Below are positions 13,478-23,814 of a stretch of DNA of 64,000 bases, piece by piece. This stretch comes from Takakia lepidozioides (lineage: Eukaryota > Plantae > Bryophyta): assembly GCA_030704615.1 (NCBI GenBank), contig CM060731.1:62000001-62064000 (forward strand), given 5' to 3'. The notes beneath the pieces are model-generated. The model was not told the DNA's origin. It did not search any database and saw only the letters and a program-made list of their open reading frames with translations. Made by a program: the position numbers and the translations under genes. Positions within the stretch are counted from its first letter, which is position 1. Each line of letters opens with the position of its first letter.

Positions 13478-13789
13478 ACTCTTGTTAATTTTGTTTCGTG
13501 ATTGAACACTGTAATAAACAACCAAGTAGTAAGTAGCCTTTCCGTTTGCCCTGGTGTCCTCTTTGGCGAGGTTGATTTCGAGGGGCTTGCTTCAGCCCAC
13601 TTCTGCTAGTTAGGTTCTGTCTATCTGTGTCCTCCTATGTTCATCTTTTGTTCAAGTCTGGAGTTATCTATGGTTTCAATGTCAGAACCGTGTTGGCTGA
13701 GTCCTCCCGTGTTGGCACAGAAACTCAGTACATCTGCACCCTCTGTGGGAAACTGAAGTAAGTATGAAGTTATATCTGGTGGTTATTGT

Positions 13790-15115
13790 TATACAGGATA
13801 TAGTTGATGTCTCAGTGCCTTCCTTCATTTGAGACATCATTCTCTGGTTTTCTCCCTATTTTTATTGTTTTTCTCCAATGTGACTTGATGCCTTGTCGTG
13901 GTTTGTTCAAGCTGTCCTTCACCTTGCATGTGACTATCGATTTTGTATTATCACTCAAAAGTAAGTTCAGAGTTCACTGGGCTTGCTCTGACATACCATT
14001 TTCTGAGCATCAGGAATTGTCTGGGGCTCCACTAGCAAAATGTGAAGGTATTTCTTCGTTTTTTGCTTACAGTGGGGTTGGTCAGTCAATTGTTTTGGGT
14101 TATCTGAAACGGCTGAAGGCTGAAATAGGAACAACTTGAATGAGCGAAACAAATGGTCTTCCTCCTCGCTGAACTAGGATATCCGGGCCAGGCAAGAAAC
14201 AATGGGGAATACCAAGAATATGAAAGCTTATCATGGACCTAGAGGTTAGCTGCAACATCAATGCATCACAGCGTTTTTCTCAATTTTCGAACATACTTCA
14301 CAGCTATTTTGTTCCTTAACTACTAAGCAAACCCAAATCACATCTGGGAGCGTAATCAGAATGCAATTGTTGGTATGATGTGTTTGGAAGTGAGGAAGAG
14401 TTGTAACCCTACAATTGACTGTGTGCTTGTGTTCTTTATGCAACGTCTCTCAAATTACCAGTTTTTGCAGACAGCATGTGATATTACATTCCTCGAATGT
14501 AACACTGAATGTGTACATTCCACATAGTTTAAACTCGAATCAAATGTTGCTATGCCTCGATAGTCCATTCTGCAGCCAGACGGGGAGGAGTGCAATGATA
14601 TATGTAAATCTCTCACGGTACTGCACTTGGAAGATCAGCATGTAGTAATGAATAGGATATGGCGCTCCTGTAGCATTGAAAATGTGCTATTAGTACATGT
14701 AGTCCTACATTGGCTCCAGGAAAGAGTAGAAAATGGCAAAAGCATGTAAAACTGCGTCTGCCACACTCACAAGGCCATTTTGAACAGTCTTCCACACTGC
14801 CTGCATGACAGGATGTGGAATGAGAACAGGAAGAAATAGCCTACACTGGTTTTACCGCCCACAGACAGTTGTAGGCACTGACAACTTCAGTTCTGGCATT
14901 GCATGATATGCAAGGATTATTCTCTTATCTTTCATGTGATTTCACGAGACCAACTCTCTCCAGAGCATTGCAAGGTTCAACAAGTATAACTTCTAACCTC
15001 ATTTGGCCTTGGTCTACCATACATGCAAAAACAGAAATTCTTGTAGGGACAGGGCATCGATAATCCTAGAGTTTACCTTCAAGGCAGTATCATATGTAAC
15101 TGGAGGATGTTGATG
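13790..15115. repeat. Duplicated non-coding block 'alpha' (copy 1); homologous to 22758-23790 and 56615-57610
   Basis: Same-strand shared tracts, e.g. caggata.agttgatgtctc, gttcaagct.tcctt.accttgcatgtg, ggccatttgaacagtcttccaca, ccacagacagttgtaggcac. This copy is visibly more diverged than the other two are from each other. Confidence 0.85.
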
Positions 15116-15289
15116 TAAAAAGAAAGCATCTGCTTGTTTAACTTGTTGGGATACAAGATTCGTTCGCTAATCTGTTCTCATCGCTCGCATTTTCCAATAG
15201 TATTCCTTTGTTGGTCCTGCACTGTCTGTTGCATCACATTGACAAAAAGACACTGCAGTTCCTTGTAATGGTTCCCTCATGATCCCTTG

Positions 15290-16480
15290 CCATAGGAACG
15301 GCACCTCCATGTGTATGTTGCTCGTTGTTCGCCACCTGAGCCCTCCTTAGGGTACTGTGGAGGGCAGAGGAAAAGGGATGAACTTCTCAATAAACTTACG
15401 TGGACTGATGCTGGGCTCCAATACATTCTCGCTGGTTATGCGAGGGAGAACACAAATCGTAGGTGCCTAGGTCCCTACTTTTGTTAGCTCTTCCGTTGTG
15501 ATTAAAGCTCAAATTGATCACCTTGTGGAAATGGTCTTGGCCTGTCTTAATGTGTCTTCTACCTTTGGAGCTGGATGTGGCAGGATCGTCCTGTTGATGC
15601 AGATATTTTTGTGCTTCCAGAAAGGAATGGGAAGAATGTGAAGTTGTATGGTAGCATAGTCAAGAAGGTGTTTCAAAGACTGTTTATGGATCGGGTGCTG
15701 ATAATGTATGGGAGCATCCGCGGTTGTCCTCATACTGAACGTGTTTGCAAACTATCATGCTGGAGAAAGTGGCCTTCACTCCATTACCTTCCAGCCTGTA
15801 ACAGAATTCCTAGAGCCAGACTAAAATCAAAGCTGGTTAGTGCTCTGGTAAATGCAGCTGAAGCCTTGGTTTGGCTACATCAGAAGTCTTGGATACATCT
15901 GTTGGAAAAGCATAAAGAGAAGTACAAATGACAGAGAAAGATTGTCCCTTTTCATTGATAACAGTACAGTAGAAGAATAGTTGCTATATTGCTACTGCAT
16001 CGCGTCTAGAAGCTCTCTAGCACTACACGGCTAGTCTGAGAAGAAGAAGATCAACTACTCCGTCGGAGTCAAGAACCAAGAACTCGTTCTAAACCCTGCA
16101 GAGAGGATGAGCGGGAACCCAAGGTGCCACGTGGTTGCATGTCTAGTAGTTTCAGTGAACGACCTGATTAATCATTACGGTACTCAAATGATCCAACAAC
16201 ATCCTGACATACGTTGGGAAAACTTGCCCAGTTTGGTGAGGAGTGGATCCTTCTTGACTTTGATGATGCCTATACTTCACCGCAACCAAATGCCTTTTGG
16301 TTGTCTTTTCATAATCATGTGCCAGAGATGTACAGGGGAAGACACGACCGCTCTATTTATATCTGGGGAATTGGCCACTGAATCAAGATATCTAAGGTTG
16401 ATGTCACCACAGCAGAGCTTACAGATGTTGAGGACTGCTATTTAAGTAGGCCTGACATCAGACCTTCTGCAGAGTTTTGT
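15290..16480 (+). pseudogene. Crinkler (CRN)-type nuclease-fold + kinase pseudogene, interrupted by a solo LTR
   Basis: Fragments VLWRAEEK, KLTWTDAGLQYILAGYA, ALVWLHQKSWIH[LTR]PDIRWENL, EWILLDFDDA, NHVPEMYRGRHDRSIYIWGIG and RPDIRPSA fit the CRN-associated kinase pattern (HRDIRWxN, LIDFDDA, HAPE, DIWGxG). Frameshifts and stops are present. Confidence 0.65.
15900..16198. mobile_element. Solo LTR (299 bp) with 5-bp TSD ACATC
   Basis: Termini TGTTGGA...TCCAACA form a perfect 7-bp inverted repeat. ACATC lies at 15895-15899 and 16199-16203. Removing the element restores W-I-H-P-D-I-R-W-E-N. Confidence 0.9.
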
Positions 16481-16584
16481 TTGCAAGTGCTCAAGTCCCT
16501 TGTTTGAAGAGGAATCTGCAGTCATTGGCTTGCATGAAGGGGAAGAATATGTGTGCTACAGGTTCCAATGAGCAAGCACGCTGC

Positions 16585-17230
16585 AGAAGAGCAAGCAGTC
16601 TGTAGCAGAAACAGCTGGAAAGATGGCAACGGCTTTGGCCCTGGCCGCCATTGTTGGCACCGCTTCTTTCGCTGACCCCAGGAGGCCTTAGCTGATATTG
16701 CTGGCCTCACCCTTGCAAGGAGAACCAGGGCTTCGCAAAGCAGGAGAAGCAGGAGATTAAGAAGCTGGAGACCAGGTTGAAGCTCTACGCACCTGATAGT
16801 GCACCCGCACTTGCTATCATTGCCACTGTTGAGAAGACCAAGAGACTGTTTGCCTTCTATGGCAGCGAGGGATTGCTGTGTGGAACTGGCAGTGTTCCTC
16901 ACTTGATTGTTGATGGCGACCAAGGCCAATGTGGAAGAATTTGTGTACCCAGGAATTGTGTTCTTGTACATCGCACGACGGATTGGATGGGTGGGCAGGA
17001 GCTACCTGATTGCAGTCAGGAGCACCAAGAAGCCCGCCGAGAAGGAGATCAGCATCGATGTCCCCTTTGCAGTCAGTCTTCTGTGGAAGGGATACACATG
17101 GCCCTTGGCTGCAGTGAGCGAGCTGAGGAATGGCAAGCTGATCTAGTCTGCCTCCAACCAACATCACTGTCTCTCATAGATAAACTCTTGTCAATTCTGT
17201 TTCGTGATTGAACATTGTAATAAACAACCA
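16585..17230 (+). pseudogene. PSAF: PsaF pseudogene (duplicated exon 2 plus 3' UTR start)
   Basis: High nucleotide similarity to 12885-13524, including the 3' UTR (gataaactcttgt.aatt...taaacaaccaa). It has frameshifts, a premature TAG at 17144-17146 and no exon 1. Confidence 0.95.
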
Positions 17231-17546
17231 ATTCCTGTTCAGTGGGAGACTTTCAACCCCAGGAACTTCCCATCGGACTTTTTCATCCTTCTCTTACACA
17301 ATACAATCTACAAGACAACTCCTCTGCAAGCAGTTATATGTGAATTCGCTGCTTTTCTTTAGTGATCATACTTGAAATGTCATCGTCACTATGGGCAGCT
17401 CACAAATGTACAGCATGGCTGTTGCATTTGATGACACACTTTGTTTCCTCCAATTGTTTTTCTTTGCTACCAAATTTATGACCAATAATCATCTTTCAAC
17501 CCTCACCTTTCAAGCACCACACTTTCTGTCATGCATATAAGTAGTT

Positions 17547-19829
17547 TCACCAGTAGTCCCCGCAAGAACAAACCCCACCTTGGAAGCGGTGAAAGCGGTT
17601 GGCATCCCGTACAGTGACTGCTCGGCCAGCAATCTTCGAGATGAACTTGCAGGCAGTGTGGCAGTCACCACATACCCGAAGGTTCACGATGATGCGTATA
17701 GGTGTCCCTTCGGGGGTGCTGATGAGACCAAAAGCAATGGCCAGCTTCTCACTATGGTGGCAAAGAGAAAGTTCCTTTTCCTCCTCCTCCACATCATGCA
17801 GTACAAAGCGCATGTCAGGCATATATCCAGCCTCCTTCATCTGCCCAGACAATCTCTTCAGCTCAGCATGGATTTCTTCAATTTGTGGATGCAACTTGTC
17901 ATCTACAACAAAGGTATGCACCTGATTCTTGACCTCAATACAGCTGCGCCCTGCCTCCTTCCTCACACCTCTGTCCTCCATCATTTTTCTCACCTTTGCT
18001 TTATCCTCCCACCTTCCAGCTGCAGCATAGATGTTTGATAGCAGCACATAGGCAGCGGAGTGCTGGGGATCAGTATCTATAATGCTTTTTGCGGCATGTT
18101 CGGCTACCTTAATATCCCCATGAATTCTGCAGGCGCCAAGTAAGGCCCTCCATACCCCTGCACCCGGTTTGATAGGCATTTTGTTAATGAGGTCTTCTGC
18201 CTCCTCCAATTGCCCTGCACGGCTAAGGAGGTCCACCATGCAGCCAAAATGTTCCACTGTAGGAGTAAGGCCATAATATTGACTCATGGAATCAAAATAG
18301 TGGCACCCTTCATCCACCAGGCCTGCACGGCTACATGCAGAGAGAAGGGTGATGAAGGTGGTACCATTTGGTTTCAAGCCCTCCTGTTGCATTTGTGCAA
18401 ATAGTTGCAGGGCCTCCATACCACACCCATGTTGAGCATATCCTGCGGTCATGGCGTTCCATGAGACGACATTTCGTCGATCCATTCTGTCAAACACTTC
18501 TCGTGCATCATCTACATTCCCACATTTGGCATACATGTCAACAAGGGCAGTCTCCAGAATGACATGTGGTGGAATTCCAGCTTTGATGATGTCAGCATGG
18601 AATTCTTTGCCCTTATCTAGGGCTCCTAGGCTGGCACACACATTGAGAATGCAAACAAATGTGACCCTGTTGGGCATCACTCCTGCGCACTGCATATCCT
18701 CATAGATTTTGAAAACCTCCCTACCACACCCATGCTGAGCATATCCTGCGATCATGGTGTTCCATGAGACCACATTTCGTCTACCCATGTTGTCAAATAC
18801 TTGACGTGCATCCTTTAAACTCCCGCATTTCGCGTACATGTTAGCAAGTGCAGTCTCCAGAATGATATCTGGTGTAATTCCAGCTGTAATGATATCAGAA
18901 TGGACCTCTTTACCCCTTTCAAGAGCCCTAAGGCTAGCACATGCATCAAGAATGCAAACAAATGTGACTTTGTCAGGCCTAACCTTTTCCCGTAGCATTT
19001 GCTCATAGACGCCAAAAGCCTCCCTAAAACCCCCATCCTGAGCATATCCTCCAATCATGGTGTTCCATGAAACCACATCTCGTTGACACATTTTGTCAAA
19101 TACTTGAAGTGCATCCTTCATGCTCCCGCATTTGGCGTACATGTCAACAAGGGAATTCTCCAAATTAATATGCGATGGAATTTCAGCTCTGATAATGTCA
19201 GCATGGACCTTTTTCCCCTTCTCCAGCGCTCCCACACCAGCACACGCATGGAGAATGCAAATGAATGTGACTCTATTGGGTGTCATGCCCTCCCCTAGCA
19301 TTTTCTCAAAGATCTTGAAAGCCTCCCAACCACACCCATCCTTGGAATATCCCGCTATCATCATAGCCCACGTAAACGTATCTCTCTCTTCCATTTTGTC
19401 GAAAACTTGCCTTGCATCCCTCACACTCCCACACTTGGCATACATCTTGATAAGAGTGTTGAGTAGAGAAATGGTTGGCTTGAATCCACTGTCAACAATG
19501 TGGGCATGAACCCGTTTTCCCTCTGCTAGGTCTTTCATAGTTATGCACTCCTGCAAGAGATAGCCATACGTACTTGAGTCTGCCTGGATGCCTCCTTGGT
19601 TCAAAATGTCCAGTGCGTCTTTCAGCCACCCTGCCTTGCATAGCGTCCTCACATCCCCACAAGTGACAGAATAGTTCTCATTGACTACCTCTCTTGGTCC
19701 TCTTCCAAAAGCAGTGGTCATGGTGGAGGTGCCACCCCTGCTGTCTGTCCGGTTTCCAACAAACAGCTGTGCCTGATTCAACCCTGCCATCCTGCATGAC
19801 TCAGAACTTTCAATTACAGACCTGAGCAT
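17547..19829 (-). CDS. PLS-class PPR protein with E1-E2-DYW cytidine deaminase domain (organellar C-to-U RNA editing factor)
   Basis: 760-aa uninterrupted ORF with an L-S-P repeat array, P2-L2-S2, E1 and E2, then intact HSEKLA...CGDCH zinc motifs and a terminal CSCGDYW. The true start may be the second Met (MAGLNQ, ~19790). Confidence 0.96.
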   Translation of the reverse strand: MLRSVIESSESCRMAGLNQAQLFVGNRTDSRGGTSTMTTAFGRGPREVVNENYSVTCGDVRTLCKAGWLKDALDILNQGGIQADSSTYGYLLQECITMKDLAEGKRVHAHIVDSGFKPTISLLNTLIKMYAKCGSVRDARQVFDKMEERDTFTWAMMIAGYSKDGCGWEAFKIFEKMLGEGMTPNRVTFICILHACAGVGALEKGKKVHADIIRAEIPSHINLENSLVDMYAKCGSMKDALQVFDKMCQRDVVSWNTMIGGYAQDGGFREAFGVYEQMLREKVRPDKVTFVCILDACASLRALERGKEVHSDIITAGITPDIILETALANMYAKCGSLKDARQVFDNMGRRNVVSWNTMIAGYAQHGCGREVFKIYEDMQCAGVMPNRVTFVCILNVCASLGALDKGKEFHADIIKAGIPPHVILETALVDMYAKCGNVDDAREVFDRMDRRNVVSWNAMTAGYAQHGCGMEALQLFAQMQQEGLKPNGTTFITLLSACSRAGLVDEGCHYFDSMSQYYGLTPTVEHFGCMVDLLSRAGQLEEAEDLINKMPIKPGAGVWRALLGACRIHGDIKVAEHAAKSIIDTDPQHSAAYVLLSNIYAAAGRWEDKAKVRKMMEDRGVRKEAGRSCIEVKNQVHTFVVDDKLHPQIEEIHAELKRLSGQMKEAGYMPDMRFVLHDVEEEEKELSLCHHSEKLAIAFGLISTPEGTPIRIIVNLRVCGDCHTACKFISKIAGRAVTVRDANRFHRFQGGVCSCGDYW

Positions 19830-20743
19830 TAAAACTCACATAACATACCTTCTAGACACCTGAAAGAAAGCCTGCTCGATCAGATCCTATTAATTAGGGT
19901 TTCAAAACTAGCACAGTCGTCTAGCTAAGAATAACCTGCACCACTTCCCGTACTTGGTTGAGTTGGACCCCTTGAATCAGCAAAGAAAATAATACCCATA
20001 GTATTCTTGGCCTGAAGCTCCATGGCATACATCAACGTTAGAGCTGTCACCGGATTGTGGTCGACCTTGTATCTTGCAATCCAGCTGTGCTTGTATCCAA
20101 GGAGGGTTCAACCGGTGCTCAATCCACGGAACTTCCTTTGTGTGCTTACATCTGACGTCTGATGCTCTTGGAATTTTCTGTGGAAATCACAAGTGGCCAG
20201 CTGAGCAGTCACAGGTCTCATCACAGCCTTGCGATATGGAACAGGCTATAACCACCAAAGCTCCCGTTATCAGGAAACGGCCTTGAACAACCTACTTTAA
20301 TGCCTGCCAACAAGGAAGAACAGCTGCAGATACAAACAGAATCATTTATCTTCCTTTTCAGAAAATTGCCATTTGTTAACGCACCTATCCTTAAAACATC
20401 TAGTTACAACACTCCCTGACAAAAAATTTCATCCCCTGAATCACAACATGGCTATCACACCTGTTGTCCCACCACCTTGAAAGATGGGAGAAGACCTGCC
20501 AGAGCTGTTCCATGCTTGTTGCTTGACCTGCGTGCAAGACATGACAACATTGCCAGCTTACAATTGCCTCAGTCTCCATTAAGGAGCGCGGCTGCATCGT
20601 TGGCTAACATTATATCCATGTGCATGCAGAGCTAACTGCATACTTTCAATACAATTTCTACAAGTTCCTCCCACACTCTAAATCTGCAGCTGAGCAGCTG
20701 TAGCTTCTCACATAGACTTGCCAAAGCTCTCCCAAAACTGTGT

Positions 20744-21700
20744 ATGGCTTGTCCAGCGGTCGCCCGGGGAAGAGTCTCTAGAACCTCAAGAAAAGGGGCA
20801 AGGCAGAACCTCAATTGGGAAATCTATGACAGGCCAGAAATCGTGGCGAATGACGGTTGGGATGACATTGCAGAAAATGCAATATGGCCCAGGCACATGT
20901 GCAAAACATTTGTAAAAATGTGTCACGTCAACCGTTTGTGGCCTAGGGCGAGGCACGAGGTGCAGACGAGGAACAATTACGGGGATGCGTTAACTTGCAA
21001 TAACCAACATTTCAGGCAGAGAGCTGAAGAGGTGCATTGGACATTACGGGGAGAAAGGTTGTATAGGAATCAAATTCCCTACAGCTTTGCAGCCATGCTT
21101 TACGGGGAGTTGATTTTGAGAAGACGAGTGGATTGGCAAACTGCTAAACGGAGGAATGGGGTGAAACTATACTTGCGCTACGATATCCCAGACACATATG
21201 ATGGGAGTAGGTGGAAACAGATGCATTGCATGCGCCAGAAGAAACAACATTGGAGTTGGGGGCCGTACATATGGGTTTAGAAGGAAATGTGTCAGTGGTG
21301 ACTTCAAGGATGGACTTTGGTGTCGCAACACCATCACCCCTGCAGGACATGGATGGTCAGCCGGCATTGGTCGCACATGTGGATGGTAGAGACCGCCAAA
21401 TTAAAGAGCTGGAGGAACTGGTAGAGAAACAAAGGAGACGCATACAGGAGCTAGAGGAGAATTCTGGAATGACATATGCCGGAATACAACAACGTACACA
21501 GTCGATTTAGAATGCAATCAGTGAGCTTGGGTCCGACGAAGAAGAGCGAAGAATCGCAGACGAGAGAACGAGGAAAGGCAAGGAGCCCATGGTGGAAACC
21601 GGAGAATGCTCACGGATCGCAATTGAATCAGTTGCAGGCACCACTACAACATAGATCATCAGTATCTCCAATTTCATGAGAAATGGTGGTGTAGGATAGT
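20744..21700 (+). mobile_element. Decayed transposon-associated accessory ORF (frameshifted, coiled-coil C-terminus)
   Basis: A 178-aa ORF ending ..MLYGELILRRRVDW.. continues in another frame into an acidic coiled coil (IKELEELVEKQRRRIQELEE) with stops. No host-gene family was recognised. Confidence 0.35.
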
Positions 21701-22074
21701 TCTTTGTCTCTCTTTGTCTCTTTTTTGTTAGTTCTTTGTCTCTCTTTGTCTTGTCGCATAAGCTCTTCGAGCTTCAGCGGATGTTATAAATTGTCATTTC
21801 ATTTTTCTTTCTCTCTCTCAAACAGTGTGACATGTAGTAGATGTGTCAGATCACATGGGTTACACATGTGTTGGCTTGGTTGATAGAAAAGCCAGTGCGG
21901 GAATTAACCTAGTGTTTCTAAGACACTGTAACATCCACAATCGCTTGTTGTTGCCTGTTGCCGAGTGTTATGTCATCTCGACCCGTTTTTGGTAGAATAT
22001 GGAATAATTTTTTACCACAAACCCTGTCCCTGTCCCTACCCTTAGTTGTTCTGGCTACACCCTTATCAAACCCT

Positions 22075-22737
22075 GCTACACCCCTAACAACATCAACATG
22101 AATCACAAAAAAATGCGTCAAATAAAAGCATCTTCCAAATATGCTTTCATACTTGTTAACAACCCACTTGTTGGACAACTACGTTGATACCAATTCACTT
22201 GTTCCCAAAAACCCACTTGTTCATTTCGAGGACTGATTCATTATATGGGCATGCCTACATGTTTCACAAGCATGTACATATTTTCGTATCCCTGAATTCA
22301 TATGCATATGTATATGTATATACATATCTTAATTTATTGCCGCGGGATATACAATTTTGACTGTGGACCTTCATTGAGGTAAGATTATCGTATATTCATG
22401 TAGAGGTATCGCCTCAAAATCAGATCCCTATTGCATTTATCTGTACATGTATAGTCTGTCATTCACAGCCTACACTCTTGTGCAGGTATCACCCAAAAAT
22501 CTCACCCCTGTTTCATACACCAGTAGAGGTATAGTCTGTTAATAGCGGACTACATTCCTGTAGAGGTATCACCCTATAGTCAAATCCATGTTTCATATAC
22601 CAACACAGGTATAGACTATCGACATACTAATACAGGTATAGACAGTCATTCACAGCACTGCGGCAGTCGCCCATTATGCCGCCGTGGCGACCGCTGCTAC
22701 TGGGCGACCGCTTTCGCCGATGCCCTCGCCCATTAGT
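22075..22737 (+). mobile_element. Putative non-autonomous element end (Helitron-like): shared repeat, ~80-bp degenerate tandem units and terminal GC hairpin
   Basis: 22075-22380 is the reverse complement of ~56290-56590. Units beginning (t)aggtatc(a/g)cc occur at ~22404, ~22484 and ~22564. Inverted repeat gcagtcgccca / tgggcgaccgc is followed by ..CCCATTAG|T. Confidence 0.4.
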
Positions 22738-23814
22738 TTTTACAATGGTTCTCCCATCACTGAGCTTTATTGTTACACAGGATACAGTTGATGTCTCTTC
22801 AGTTATGAAACAGCACTCTCTGGTGTTCTCCCTCTTTTCATTGTTCTTCTTCAATGCGACCTTCCTTGATACCTTGTCATGGTTTCTATTGTTCAAGCTC
22901 TCCTTTACCTTGCATGTGGCTATCTCTGTTTTATTATCACTCCAAAGTAAGTTCAGAGTTCACCCAGCTCACACTGATATACCCTTTTCTGAGCATCATG
23001 AATTGTGATGGATTCCACCATCGAAGTGTTAAGAATCTCGTTGTTGGTATGATGTCCTAGGAAGTTTGAAACTGTAACCCTACAGCTGACACTGTGCTTA
23101 TGTTCTTTAAGCAACGTTTCTGAAGTTTCACAGATCGGATGTGATATCACCTTTTTGTTCGAGTTTAAACTACATCCATGTAGTTTAAACATCACATCTC
23201 TGTCCTTGAATGTAACACTGCACATTGCATGTAGTTTAAACTCGAACAAAAAGTCATGATAGTCCATTCTGCAGCCAGGAATGCAATCATATATATAGAT
23301 TTTTGACAGTGGAGGTGATGCAAATGCTCTATGGCACTTAGAAGACCAACATGTAATGAATAGGGTATGACGCACCTCAAACATTGAAAATATGCTATTA
23401 GTACATGCATTCCTACATGGGCTCCAGGAAAGAGCAAAAGCATGTAAAACTACGTATGGCACTGTGACAGGGCCATTTGAACAGTCTTCCACATTGCCTG
23501 CATGACAGGTTGTGGAATAAGAACAGGAAGGAACAGCCTACACTGGTTTTATTGTCCACAGACAGTTGTAGGCACAGAGAACTTCAATTCTTGCATTGCT
23601 TGAGATGCAGGGATTATTCTCATCTTTCATGTCACTTCAAAGGACCAACAACTCTCAACCTTTGCCAGCTTAAACAGGTTCTAACCTCACTGGCCTTGCA
23701 GAAACAGAAATTATTGTAGGAAAGGGCATAGAGAATCCTAGAGTTACCTTCAAACCAGTTTCATATACTGGAGGAAGATGTTGATGCTTGACCGGACAGG
23801 ACAGTAGGCCATGC

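Noticed and set aside
12845-13525. 226-aa minus-strand ORF (and the 208-aa ORF at 12099-12725)
   Set aside because: Antisense shadows of the PsaF exons with no independent protein features.
17547-17960. U-to-C (reverse) editing DYW variant
   Set aside because: The domain has canonical HSEKLA and a DYW terminus, not the altered motifs of the KP-type variants.
17580-19509. Several plus-strand ORFs within the PPR gene
   Set aside because: Antisense shadows of the repetitive PPR coding sequence.
19935-20700. Exon-like minus-strand segments upstream of the PPR gene
   Set aside because: They have splice-like borders but multiple stops and no identifiable product. They may be 5' UTR exons or a relic.
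22395-22660. CRISPR-like array of repeated aggtatc/aggtatag motifs
   Set aside because: The units are degenerate tandem repeats without unique spacers, the context is eukaryotic, and there are no cas genes.
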